DNA from: Candidatus Bathyarchaeota archaeon
GTDB lineage: Archaea > Thermoproteota > Bathyarchaeia > 40CM-2-53-6
Assembly: GCA_963733055.1 (NCBI GenBank)
Contig: CAVTBR010000001.1
Coordinates: 1,440,001-1,504,000 of the forward strand
Direction: 5' to 3'
Length of the DNA: 64,000 nucleotides
Part shown: piece after piece, positions 31,176-41,003 of the stretch
How positions within the stretch are numbered: position 1 is the stretch's first letter
How the letters are laid out: every line of letters begins with the position of its first letter
Notes under the pieces: model-generated
Seen by the model: only the letters and a program-made list of their open reading frames with translations
Told to the model about the DNA's origin: nothing
The model's database searches: none
Position numbers and translations under genes: made by a program

Positions 31176-32435
31176 CTATGAGTGATTTGCAAGTCTTAGC
31201 ACAGTCTGAAGCAGGACGTTGGCTCCATTCTCCAGATGCTTCGGCCCAGTGGATTCGGTGGGAGAATGGCTGACCCCTTCATGGCTTGGTACGAAGATCA
31301 TCCCGGTTTCCGTTACCCTGGCCATGTTCTGACAGTCATGTCCAGCTCCGCTAGGCATACGCCTGTGACTAAGCCTCAACGATTCAGCAGCCCTGGTCAC
31401 AGTCGCGACGACGTTCTCTGACATCAATGCTGGCCTAGAGAAACTCACAGCGCCCACCCGAACCTGCAATCGATGAACTCTGCCAATTCTGCGAGCCGCG
31501 CGCCCAATTCGGTTCTGCAGTAAACGGACTTTATCACTCGTTTGGGCCCGAACGTCTATACCAAGCACCACCCAATTCGGAATCACGTTTGAAGCATTCG
31601 GCAATACCCTGACAGACCCAACTGTTACAACTGAACCTCGAGTAGCCCGCACGATCTGGTTTGTCGTGGCTATGAACTCAGCTGCGCCCAAGAGCGCATC
31701 GCGGCGCATACTCATCGGTGTAGTCCCCGCGTGTCCCGCAACACCGTGGATTGTCACTTTTAACTCCGCTAATCCGACAATTTTGGTGACCACCCCAATC
31801 TCGGTGTGCGCGAGCTCCAAAGTTGGCCCCTGTTCGATGTGGGCCTCTACGTAAGACTTGATCGCGGTTCTTGGATTTCGATGATAAGGTCGAAGTTCCG
31901 CCGGATTAAACCCTGCGCTCTTCAACGCCTGTTTGAAAGTCATACCCTGTCCGTCCATCAACCGGTGGGCCGCTTGGGGAACAAGCGTGCCCGAGAACCC
32001 TAAGCTACCTGTGAATGAAGGAAACCTTACCCCCTCTTCTTCCGTGAACATGACAACCTCCAGAGGACGCTCAAGCGCAATCCCTTCCTGGTTAATTGTC
32101 TTCGCGACCTCGATAGCGGCAAGCACGCCGTAGGCACCGTCTAAGTGACCGCCATTTGGTACGGTATCAATGTGAGACCCGCATACAACCGCGGCCTTCT
32201 TTCCCGAACGGGCTTCAAGGCGACCGATTATGTTCGCGAAAGCGTCGATCGAGATTTGCATGCCCGAATTGACCAGTAGCTTAGTAACGTAGGCTCGGGC
32301 CTTTAGATCCGATTCTGAAAACGTGAACCTTGAGATTCCACCACTCGGCGTACGCCCGATCTTGGAAAGACTCTCGATTGAATGTCTTAGACGACCTCCA
32401 TTGACCCGTAACGACGTGAATGGTTCCAACTTCAC
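31176..32435 (-). CDS. M20 Zn hydrolase (allantoate amidohydrolase / N-carbamoyl-amino acid hydrolase)
   Basis: GSHIDTV, DGAYGV, EEEGVRF, EAHIEQG, GHAGTTPM, SGAGHD, SHSPTE. Confidence 0.93.
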   Translation of the reverse strand: MKLEPFTSLRVNGGRLRHSIESLSKIGRTPSGGISRFTFSESDLKARAYVTKLLVNSGMQISIDAFANIIGRLEARSGKKAAVVCGSHIDTVPNGGHLDGAYGVLAAIEVAKTINQEGIALERPLEVVMFTEEEGVRFPSFTGSLGFSGTLVPQAAHRLMDGQGMTFKQALKSAGFNPAELRPYHRNPRTAIKSYVEAHIEQGPTLELAHTEIGVVTKIVGLAELKVTIHGVAGHAGTTPMSMRRDALLGAAEFIATTNQIVRATRGSVVTVGSVRVLPNASNVIPNWVVLGIDVRAQTSDKVRLLQNRIGRAARRIGRVHRLQVRVGAVSFSRPALMSENVVATVTRAAESLRLSHRRMPSGAGHDCQNMARVTETGMIFVPSHEGVSHSPTESTGPKHLENGANVLLQTVLRLANHS

Positions 32436-32526
32436 TCACCGCAAATCAAGCACGTTTCCGGCCTTTCTAGATTTTCATTGACTACCTTGAGAACCATTAA
32501 ATAGAATTTCGAAACTTGGCATCTTC

Positions 32527-33846
32527 ATGGACCTTGATTTTTCCGGCATAGAGCTTATCGACTTTCATGCACATGCTCTTCGGGAGTTCAATGTTTCGCA
32601 ATGGTTGGAATCGTTCGCACTAACAATGCTCGAGTCTGCGATTCCTCAAGAAGCCCTCAAGACACTGATGATTGCGAAGGGTGACCTCTTCGGTGTCAAG
32701 ATTACTCCAGAAAGACAACGAAGCTGCATCAAGAAAGCCGCTGAGTATGAAAGGACTCTCAACATCGTCGCTCTTCTTGAGAGACAGAGACAGGAAATCA
32801 CCCGACTATCGTCATTCGATGATCTTCGACTATACTTGGCCCACGTCTACGATTGTCAACCCGTTATCTCTGAATTAGATAAGAAGATAGACGAGGCTCT
32901 TCATCGAGATCCCACCCAGTACGTAGATTCAGTGCTGGAACGGGAAAACATCAAATTGGCTCTTCTGGACTTGATAGGTTCCACGGAGCTAGAGCCTCCC
33001 TTTCCAAGAGAGAAGTTCGGTTTAGTGTTTTGCCCGACCAAGAACCTACTGAACCCTCTCTGGGCTGCAAGACACGGGGCGCGTACCTTAGGCGACGCAG
33101 TCGAGCTATGCGAGAAGAAGATAGAAGAGCTTCAACGGATCAGATTCAGCGGTTTCAAATTTGACATAGCATATTTCCGAACTCTGGAGATAGAAAATAT
33201 ACGAACGGCAACCGCCAACAAGGCCTTCAGGGCGCTCCGTAGAAGAAAACCGAGCGGTATGGACCTATGGGAGACGGTTCCTACCTACGCAAGAGGTTCT
33301 GACAGACGCAATCTAGCTGCCTTCCAGGATTACATGATTAGATACCTAATGTCAAGAGCGGGAGAGCTTAAGGTTCATGCCCAATTTCACACGGGATGTG
33401 GTGGACCTGGGCCGCATCCTGACCTACTGAACGCAAATCCTGCGCTACTCTATGATTTCTTGACGGATGAGCAGATTAAAGGTACGAACGTCGTCCTACT
33501 TCACACCGGTTATCCGTACGTCGAGGAAACTGCGCTCATGGCAGCGCAATTCGTAAACGTGTACGTGGATATTTCGATCGGGCTACTATTTCACGGAGCC
33601 TACGAAAGATCTCTTAGAACCATTCTGGAATTTGCTCCCCCTCAGAAAGTGATATTCGGAACTGATGCGGTGGAATTTGCAGAACTATTCGGTTACCATA
33701 GCTGGTTCATCAAGGAGACATTGAGAAGACTGCTAGAGGAGTTTACCCAAACCCATGGGTGGAGTTCAGACAAGTGCATGGAAGTCGCTGGGATGATTCT
33801 GAACAAGAACGCGAAAGCGCTGGGAGCCAGAAAGACCGCCGGTTAG
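32527..33846 (+). CDS. amidohydrolase (TIM-barrel, amidohydrolase_2-like)
   Basis: IDFHAH, QFHTG, LLHTGYP, VYVDIS, FGTDA. Confidence 0.85.
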   Translation: MDLDFSGIELIDFHAHALREFNVSQWLESFALTMLESAIPQEALKTLMIAKGDLFGVKITPERQRSCIKKAAEYERTLNIVALLERQRQEITRLSSFDDLRLYLAHVYDCQPVISELDKKIDEALHRDPTQYVDSVLERENIKLALLDLIGSTELEPPFPREKFGLVFCPTKNLLNPLWAARHGARTLGDAVELCEKKIEELQRIRFSGFKFDIAYFRTLEIENIRTATANKAFRALRRRKPSGMDLWETVPTYARGSDRRNLAAFQDYMIRYLMSRAGELKVHAQFHTGCGGPGPHPDLLNANPALLYDFLTDEQIKGTNVVLLHTGYPYVEETALMAAQFVNVYVDISIGLLFHGAYERSLRTILEFAPPQKVIFGTDAVEFAELFGYHSWFIKETLRRLLEEFTQTHGWSSDKCMEVAGMILNKNAKALGARKTAG

Positions 33847-33871
33847 ATGTCTCTGAGAAGTTGGCCGGCGC

Positions 33872-35245
33872 ATGAACACGACTGAGGAATTGGCACGTTA
33901 CGTTAGGGACACAGACTACCAAGACCTCCCGAAGGAAGCAGTCACGAAGGCGAAAACTCTCATTCTTGATTCTCTAGGCTGCGCTTTGGGCGGATGCAAG
34001 ACCGAGATTGCTACTTCAATTCTGGGTGCAATCGCGGACTCGCATGGAGGAGAAGCCACGCTAATTGGAGGTGATAGGAAGTATCCATGCAGAGACGCCG
34101 CTTTTGCGAACGCGACGCTGATCAATGCGTTGGATTTTGACGATGACAATTGGGTAGGTCATCCGTCAGCAACCATACTTCCGGCGGCGATGGCTGTCGC
34201 GGAACGTGTGGGTGCCTCTGGGCGAGACCTCCTAACCTCCTTCGTCCTCGCCTTCGAGGTTGTAACTCGTATCGGTTGGGCCATCTGGCCTTCTAAGGCT
34301 AGATATGACAAGGTTTGGGGTGTTGGGACTCACCAAGTGTTCGGGGCGGTCTCGGCGGCGGCTAAGATTCTAGCCTTGAATGAGTTTGAGAGCTTGAATG
34401 CCTTTGGAATTGCCGGAGCGGTTGCGCCTCTCCCTTCGGCCATGAAATGGGGTTTTGGAAATCGACCTCTAACTTGGGTGAAGGATAGCGTTGCGTATGC
34501 AACAGTTGCGGGCCTTAATGGCGCACTCCTGGCAAAGCAGGGGTTTCTAGGGTGCAGAGACATTCTAGATGGGGAAACAGGTTTCTGGATAATGGCTGGT
34601 TCGGACAGATGCGACTTCGGCCGAATGGTTCGAGGATTGAGAAGTGAGTATCTCATTATGAAGGACTCGATAAAACCTTGGCCGGCGTGCAGATTCATTC
34701 ACGCAACTCTTGATGCGGTCAGTGAAATCGTAAAACAACATAGCTTGAAGCCTGAAGAGATCGAAGAGGTTCGAGTGCGATCCATCTGGGACCTAGCCCA
34801 GTTCTTCGTAGACTACCAACCTTTCGCGATCGTTGACGCGCAGTTCAGTGTCCCATACACAATAGCTATGGTCATCATGGGCGAGAAAGCAGGCGCGAAT
34901 TGGTTCGACAAATCTAGCCTACGGAGTGCAAAATTGTTAGCACTTGCTAAAAGAGTGGTAGTCGAAACCGACCAAAAGGCGGATGACCTCTATCACAGCG
35001 ACGTACCAAAAATAACGTCGAACGTTACGATAACCACCAAGAACGGAAACGAATTTGGCGCATCGATTGAGTTCGCGAAGGGAGAGCCAGAGAACCCACT
35101 TAGCCCCGACGAAGTGGAGGAGAAATTCATGAGGCTCGCCACAGTCACGGTTGATCACCACCGTGCTAAGGATATTTTCGATATTGTAGACGACCTGGAT
35201 CGACTCAAGAAAATAACCGACCTCACAGAGCTCTTGCGTAAGTAG
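33872..35245 (+). CDS. MmgE/PrpD family protein
   Basis: ILDSLGCALGG, ALDFDD, GHPSA, KPWPAC, AQFSVPY, KGEPENP. Confidence 0.92.
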   Translation: MNTTEELARYVRDTDYQDLPKEAVTKAKTLILDSLGCALGGCKTEIATSILGAIADSHGGEATLIGGDRKYPCRDAAFANATLINALDFDDDNWVGHPSATILPAAMAVAERVGASGRDLLTSFVLAFEVVTRIGWAIWPSKARYDKVWGVGTHQVFGAVSAAAKILALNEFESLNAFGIAGAVAPLPSAMKWGFGNRPLTWVKDSVAYATVAGLNGALLAKQGFLGCRDILDGETGFWIMAGSDRCDFGRMVRGLRSEYLIMKDSIKPWPACRFIHATLDAVSEIVKQHSLKPEEIEEVRVRSIWDLAQFFVDYQPFAIVDAQFSVPYTIAMVIMGEKAGANWFDKSSLRSAKLLALAKRVVVETDQKADDLYHSDVPKITSNVTITTKNGNEFGASIEFAKGEPENPLSPDEVEEKFMRLATVTVDHHRAKDIFDIVDDLDRLKKITDLTELLRK

Positions 35246-35297
35246 AAACGAAATTCTTAGACAGGTGGAAAATTGGGCGGATTCCATCAAACACTGG

Positions 35298-36485
35298 CTA
35301 GCTCTCGCGAACTGATTCAGTTACTTTGATTCCTCTTTCATCGAGAGCCCTCAGAAACTCTCGGTGAGGTACGACATTTTCAGGTGCATGTACGCCCGGT
35401 TCCGAGATTTTGCCGCGGCCAATCATCTGAGCTACAATGCTGCACGGAAAACCAGTGGTCCGTTCCATTGCGGTCAATGCAGCTCGATTATCGTACATGT
35501 CGACGAGATCGAATGTGACATCCATCTGCTTCCCGGACTTCAGACCTTTCAAGAAGACTCGCATCACAACGACATCTCCTTCTCCCGGTCGATACCGCAT
35601 TGTCCGTGACATTTGCTCGATCAGGAAAGCCCTTGGCGTGGTGCGCACTCCGTTAACTGTAATGGGTTGTGTGCTTGTTAAACCGAGTTCAATCAATGTC
35701 TTGAACTGCTCGAAGTGGCCCGGCCAGCGGACGGTCTTGGACCAACACTCCCGCACACCTTTCAACCCTAGGTTTTCCACAACGTCTAACGGAGAATGAG
35801 TGAACACGCATTCGCACTCGCCAATGGGCTCCTGAAATCTGGCTTTTTCTAAGCCCGATAGCTTTTCGACCTGAATTTTCTTTCCGTCTTTAAGTATCGT
35901 GACTCGCCGCGGATGTTTAGGCGTCTCGAAGAGCTCATCCCAATCGACATAGCTCGCAATCACTCCTTCAATCGACCAAGTGATTTTGTAGGAGAGAGGG
36001 CAGGGTAGCACGCTCTTTTGGGGAAAGCCGCCACATAACACTGTCACCCGCTCAACGGAATCGAGCTTGGAAGCTCCATAGGAGATTAGCACGCGGTCGA
36101 TGCCTGGGTCGAGGCCGCAGTTTACCACCACAGAGACACCAGCGGCTTTGGCGGTTTTGTCAAGTTTGTAGATTGCCGACGGCGAGCCGATGTCCACTAT
36201 ACTCGCTCCAGCACTCACTGCGGTTCTGGTTACCTTCTCGTTCCAGTACCAAGGTAACGCGTTTGTGACGATGTCGACCGCTCTAATTCGCCGTGCGAGA
36301 GCGTTGCGATCGGTTGCGTCAAGCCGAACGGTGCGCAGTTTCTCGTTAACGAGCTTAGTACTGATGTGGTTGAGGCGATGCCTATCCACATCTGCGATGG
36401 AGACTTCTTCGATGTCCGGAGCACGTAGCAGGTCCCACGCCATTGCGTATCCTTGGTTCCCGCCGCCCAAGACTAGAGCTTTCAT
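35298..36485 (-). CDS. saccharopine dehydrogenase-family oxidoreductase
   Basis: VLGGGNQG, NCGLDPG, CGGFP, YKITWS, KTVRWPGH, AMERTTGFP. Confidence 0.9.
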   Translation of the reverse strand: MKALVLGGGNQGYAMAWDLLRAPDIEEVSIADVDRHRLNHISTKLVNEKLRTVRLDATDRNALARRIRAVDIVTNALPWYWNEKVTRTAVSAGASIVDIGSPSAIYKLDKTAKAAGVSVVVNCGLDPGIDRVLISYGASKLDSVERVTVLCGGFPQKSVLPCPLSYKITWSIEGVIASYVDWDELFETPKHPRRVTILKDGKKIQVEKLSGLEKARFQEPIGECECVFTHSPLDVVENLGLKGVRECWSKTVRWPGHFEQFKTLIELGLTSTQPITVNGVRTTPRAFLIEQMSRTMRYRPGEGDVVVMRVFLKGLKSGKQMDVTFDLVDMYDNRAALTAMERTTGFPCSIVAQMIGRGKISEPGVHAPENVVPHREFLRALDERGIKVTESVRES

Positions 36486-36570
36486 TCGAAACTCATCCTC
36501 GTATTCCCACGTGGGAAACTCCCAATAGACATCTCAGCTCAGCGAAATTCGTTCAAATCTCTTGGAGAGG

Positions 36571-37614
36571 TCAACCGAGTTTGGGGCCGGGTTGTCTGAT
36601 TAGCGGTCCGGTTGCGCAGTGTGCACCGCCCCCAGCATCTGTTACGTTGGCCCATTCGAAATTAACCACGTCAACTCCTTCCCTGGTCAACTGGCGTTGG
36701 GTTTCCGGGAAACCATTGGCCATCATGATTTTGCCCGGTTCAAGAGCGACAGTATTGCATGCGAGATACCTAGCCTCTTCGGGAAGGACCTCTATGAGGT
36801 TGATGCCCTTTCCTTGGAGGTATTCGATGAAATCATAGGGCACGGCGGGTGGATATATGATGCCGAGTCCATCGTCGACGTACCCAAAGACGCAATCCAG
36901 ATGAGCAAAACCACCCGCAGGCCACTGGAGGTTGTTAAGCCATCCCGGAATTGGTACGACTTTGATCTCTTCAACGCCGTTCGCTCTCAGGACAGTGGAG
37001 ACCTGATCGATGCCGTCCTGGTTCGTGCGTGCACTGCGGCCAATGCAAACATGTTCTGGGTCGAGCCAGACAACATTTCCACCTTCAAAGGTTCCAGTAC
37101 CGCGCACAGTGTAGAGGATCGGACAACCCATGTCCACCACTTTTCTGGTCCACCAATACTCCTCACCCTTTCTGTACGGCAGGGACATTCTACCGATTAT
37201 GGCGCCACCATTGACTACGAAACCCGGATCCCTCGAACCCCCACCATACCTTGCATGCATCACACCAAAGGGTTCTTTCATCAACCACTCCATAGGGGGC
37301 GTAATATCATGCACTTTGACGCCTTCATTTCTCAGTAACTCGACAAAGCCATCATGTTCCTTTCTCGCCTTGGCTACGTCGACTCTCTTGACGAACTGAT
37401 AATAGGCAAGATCGCTCTCAGGGACCGCAGCCTCGTCACCGATACTTACTACGGTCACCTCTTCCAGTTTGCCTATTTCTGACTGTGCGCCCCATTTCTT
37501 TCCCCATATGATTTCAAGCTCATCCATGTATGACAGAGGAAGCGGAACGGATGGAATGCTTCTATTCTCAAGATACCGGTCCAGTTTCTTCAGAAGTTCC
37601 TGTTTGCTATTCAA
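36571..37614 (-). CDS. amidinotransferase/deiminase (pentein, DDAH/ADI-like)
   Basis: SEIGKL, SRDP, FEGGN, HLDC, GGGAHCAT. Confidence 0.9.
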   Translation of the reverse strand: MNSKQELLKKLDRYLENRSIPSVPLPLSYMDELEIIWGKKWGAQSEIGKLEEVTVVSIGDEAAVPESDLAYYQFVKRVDVAKARKEHDGFVELLRNEGVKVHDITPPMEWLMKEPFGVMHARYGGGSRDPGFVVNGGAIIGRMSLPYRKGEEYWWTRKVVDMGCPILYTVRGTGTFEGGNVVWLDPEHVCIGRSARTNQDGIDQVSTVLRANGVEEIKVVPIPGWLNNLQWPAGGFAHLDCVFGYVDDGLGIIYPPAVPYDFIEYLQGKGINLIEVLPEEARYLACNTVALEPGKIMMANGFPETQRQLTREGVDVVNFEWANVTDAGGGAHCATGPLIRQPGPKLG

Positions 37615-37771
37615 CGCTAGTCAGCCAATGAAATTAACTGGGGCTTATAATTCGCCATAAGAGGCTTCTCATATGGCCCGAAATTCTTGTCTTCTCAATT
37701 CAGCTAGGAATACCGGTAAGTTTTCTTTACATTAGTCATACTAAGAACATAAACTGAAAAGCGTAACGGCA

Positions 37772-38563
37772 ATGTCTGAAGATAGTATCTCCGATCTGGT
37801 TGAGCTCGGACTGACATCCCTCCAAGCCAGGGTCTACGTTGCCCTGCTTGCCTCAGGGAGAAGACCAGTACGCCAGCTTGTCGAACATGTGGGAATCGTA
37901 CGTCCAGAGGTGTACCGGGTCCTAAGGGAATTGGCGTCAAAGGGATTGGTTCAGCGAGTACCCAGTTCACCTTCGTCATACGTGGCCACGCCGCCCTCTC
38001 AAGCAGTGTCGTTGCTGGTGACGAATTTTAGGCAGCGGTTAGCTTCGTTGGAAAGGAAAAACGAGAGGTTGGTGAAGTCACTGTCGTCCGTGACCTCGAA
38101 CCCTGAAAACGGCCTCGAATACCACTTCTCAGTTATCAGAGGCGGTGCAAATGCCTTGCAACAGGCGCGACGACTGATCGCTGAAGCGAAATTAGATTAT
38201 TCGGGGATCCTCAGCAAAATTGGGCTCAAACGCATTCGCGAAGACGGATTAGCGACCTCCCTGATTCATGCAAAGAAACGCGGGGTCAAGGTTCGGTTGA
38301 TCACCGAGATCGACAGCTCCAACATCGACTGCGCCCGCTATATTTCGAGACACGTCGAGGTTAGAAGAGCGAGTAAACTTCCATTCTACCTAGACATCAT
38401 GGACAAGAAAAAATTGCAGATGGGCCCCGCGATAACTATTGAAGAAGAAGTCGACAAATCATCTAGAGAAATGGACCTCTGGACAGATAACCCGAGATTT
38501 GTAGATGGAATGTATATGCTGTTCGACCAATTATGGCACAGATGCAAACGGTTCAGATCGTAA
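37772..38563 (+). CDS. TrmB-family regulator
   Basis: LGLTSLQARVYVAL..VYRVLRELASKGLV; divergent from the catabolic genes. Confidence 0.9.
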   Translation: MSEDSISDLVELGLTSLQARVYVALLASGRRPVRQLVEHVGIVRPEVYRVLRELASKGLVQRVPSSPSSYVATPPSQAVSLLVTNFRQRLASLERKNERLVKSLSSVTSNPENGLEYHFSVIRGGANALQQARRLIAEAKLDYSGILSKIGLKRIREDGLATSLIHAKKRGVKVRLITEIDSSNIDCARYISRHVEVRRASKLPFYLDIMDKKKLQMGPAITIEEEVDKSSREMDLWTDNPRFVDGMYMLFDQLWHRCKRFRS

Positions 38564-38701
38564 CGGCCTTGCTCCTCGCTGAGTGCTTTCTCACGCGGGA
38601 CCTCAAGTTCAAGATCGGACATCATACTTGAATATGAGTAGATGCGGTTGTAAGTCTTCCTACCTACACCTCCTTTTATCGAAACTTCGCGTCTGTATGA
38701 A

Positions 38702-39534
38702 GTGAAAGTTTCAACCTTGTCAGCTACTCAAGCGTCATTGGTTGGGACAGGCGTTACCCCCTACCACTCAAATGAATCAATTGTGAGACTCCCACTAGAC
38801 ATGTTGTCGACGGCATCCTGGATGCTCCGCCCCATAAGTAATGAGTTAGTAGAGGAACTTGAAAGATCGATAAAGAACATCGGCCTTCTTCAACCAATTG
38901 TTGTTCGCGAAATCGGCGAAGGATATGAAATTGTTTTCGGAAATCACAGGCTCCGGCATGCCGACGTCTTGGGATGGAGTACATTAGCGCTATAATCAAA
39001 CCCTTTGCCGAGGAAGACAGCTTCCTAGCCCGGGTTTCAGAGAATCTGTTGCGGAACTCCTACATTGATACCATCGAGGAAGCGGAAGGGTACAAGATGC
39101 TTGTGGAAAAAGGGTGGACTCTGAACGCAATCGCGCAGAAGGTTGGCAAGTCAGACAGCTACGTATGCGAACGGTTAGGTTTACTTACCAATCTCTCCCC
39201 GCACGTTCGCTCGTTGGTCCCCCGCGGCAAATTGACCGCAAGCCATGCAGAAATAATCTCCCGAATACGTGACCCCGTAATGCAAAAAGAGATTGCAGAA
39301 CTAGTCAGAAGGAAGAGACTTAGCGTAAGAAGCTTAGAGGCCATGCTGAAACACATGCCCACACCAGTATGGCTCGAAATTCAAAGCAACGTTGGAGAGG
39401 CTTCCGTCCGTATCCCTCATGGGTTCATGAAGGCAATGGGTTTCAAGACAGGGCAACGCATATTCATGTACGCCCGAGGGCGTAAACTGATACTAGAAGA
39501 CGTAGCGAAGTCTACATCTCCCAGCAAGGCGTAG
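38702..39534 (+). CDS. ParB/Srx-domain protein with HTH and AbrB-like C-terminus, frameshift near 38956
   Basis: SIKNIGLLQPIVVR..IVFGNHR, then SENLLR, IEEAEGY, IAQKVGKS, VRIPHGFMKAMG. A G is missing at CGG/CAT. Confidence 0.8.
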
Positions 39535-39617
39535 GCGTCATTCGTTCCGATCTATAGGTGTGCTCGCACCCTCAGAATTGAACCGTCGCACGGCGCAAAA
39601 GTGCGTGGTGCGTCTAG

Positions 39618-39641
39618 TAGTGCGGGCAACGGAATTTCGAA
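39618..39641 (-). other. degenerate tRNA 3'-end (att-like) motif
   Basis: Minus strand reads TTCGAAAT-TCCGT-TGCCCGC-A-CTA. Confidence 0.55.
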
Positions 39642-39797
39642 TGCAGCTCATATGGAAACGGATCCGAGGCCCCGCAGAGCCAATTCGTGTGTGGAGCACT
39701 GATGGGTACTGGTCCGCCTTCTTCGGGAAGAGAATCAATGTGGAGGAAACGCGATGCGTTGCGAAAGGTGATGCGGCCCGTGAGTTCCTGCTCACCC
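39636..39797 (+). pseudogene. diverged copy of the 3' end of the V4R gene (60914-61076)
   Basis: 162 vs 163 nt, 56-nt identical core, about 17-18 differences by hand alignment, mostly third-codon. Confidence 0.9.
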
Positions 39798-39802
39798 AGA
39801 TA

Positions 39803-39827
39803 GGTTCAAATCCGTGAGCTCGCGCCA
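39803..39827 (+). other. degenerate tRNA 3'-end (att-like) motif, opposite orientation
   Basis: GG-TTCAAAT-CCGTG-AGCTCGC-G-CCA. Confidence 0.6.
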
Positions 39828-40058
39828 CATGTATGTGCAAATAATCGTAGAAATTCTTAACGACAGTAGAATTGATTGGTAATTAACCGTCGAGATTGTT
39901 GTCTACTCAACATCCTGACTGTTCTATAGGTTACCACAATGGTGAGTCAGTCTGTATCAAATTTATGTGGAAACTTCACGAGCCAATGACGGCCTTTTGC
40001 GCGGTAGTGTCATGAAAAGTTCGCATGGTAGACTCGACATATACTTGCTGACGCTCAC

Positions 40059-40664
40059 TTGTCGGAATCTTTTCTCTCAAGAATGGAGGATAAACTCGGT
40101 ATCCACCAGCAGCCGCTCAAAGAACGGCTAGCCTTGGCATCCTACAGGCTCAGAACGCTTCGAAATAGGATGGAATCCAAACACCTGATGCTTCAAGCGC
40201 GTGACAAGGAACTATTCGACAAATGCCTGGCAGCGAAGACCTCAGGCGACTCCGCACGCGCCAGCCTGTACGCTGAGGAATGCGCGGAGACCAGGAAGAT
40301 TGCGAAAGTTATCCTTCAATGCGAATTAGCTGTTGAGCAGGTTACCTTCAAGCTTGAAACTGCTGAAATGGTTGGAGACTTGGCGTTCATGATGCACCCC
40401 ATCAAGAATGTGGTTAGCATGGTGGGGCAACAGATTCAACACATAATGCCAGAAGTATCTTTCGAACTCAACCAGATCAACGAAAGCCTCGATGGCGTAG
40501 TAACCAGCGCAGGCGAAGTAACCGAAACAGTATCCCCTGCAGGGTCATTCTCAGGTGAAGCCGAGAGCATACTAAGGGAAGCAGATGCGCTAGCCGAGCA
40601 GAAGATCAAATCTAGATTCCCTGAACTTCATCCGATTCCAACCGCCGAATCCACAAAAAACTGA
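40059..40664 (+). CDS. ESCRT-III/Snf7 (CdvB paralogue without C-terminal wH domain)
   Basis: RDKELFDKC..A....D..RASLYAEECAETRK, LAVEQV..KLET, IMPEVS.EL, EAESILREA...AE.KI...FP. Confidence 0.88.
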   Translation: MSESFLSRMEDKLGIHQQPLKERLALASYRLRTLRNRMESKHLMLQARDKELFDKCLAAKTSGDSARASLYAEECAETRKIAKVILQCELAVEQVTFKLETAEMVGDLAFMMHPIKNVVSMVGQQIQHIMPEVSFELNQINESLDGVVTSAGEVTETVSPAGSFSGEAESILREADALAEQKIKSRFPELHPIPTAESTKN

Positions 40665-40739
40665 CGCGAAAGCGTTTTGCTAGGTCTAGGCTTAACAGAC
40701 CTTTTGCTGATCGGACAAGAACTTACGGGAGTAGCGGAT

Positions 40740-41003
40740 TCATGTTCCTGTTGCTTTCTTGATGTTAGTTGGAGCCGGTATTTGCAATCGATTCAGGATA
40801 GGGCAGTCTACGTATAGGTCACACTGCGAACAAATCTTCGGGTCCGGCCCTTGTCCAGTGAATTCATTGGTGAGAGGCCAAGGCACGACTCCGGGACATT
40901 TTCCTGTCGTTTCGATGTACTGTAGAGCTTCTGCTCGTTGCTTCAGCCTAGTAAGGTATCGATCCTCTCTCAGCCGCTTGGTCGCTTCAAACCTAGATTG
41001 CAT
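40740..41003 (-). CDS. small Cys-rich protein, possibly a truncated gene
   Basis: CPG..CSQC..DCP; the upstream in-frame CKAC segment is interrupted by stops. Confidence 0.45.
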   Translation of the reverse strand: MQSRFEATKRLREDRYLTRLKQRAEALQYIETTGKCPGVVPWPLTNEFTGQGPDPKICSQCDLYVDCPILNRLQIPAPTNIKKATGT

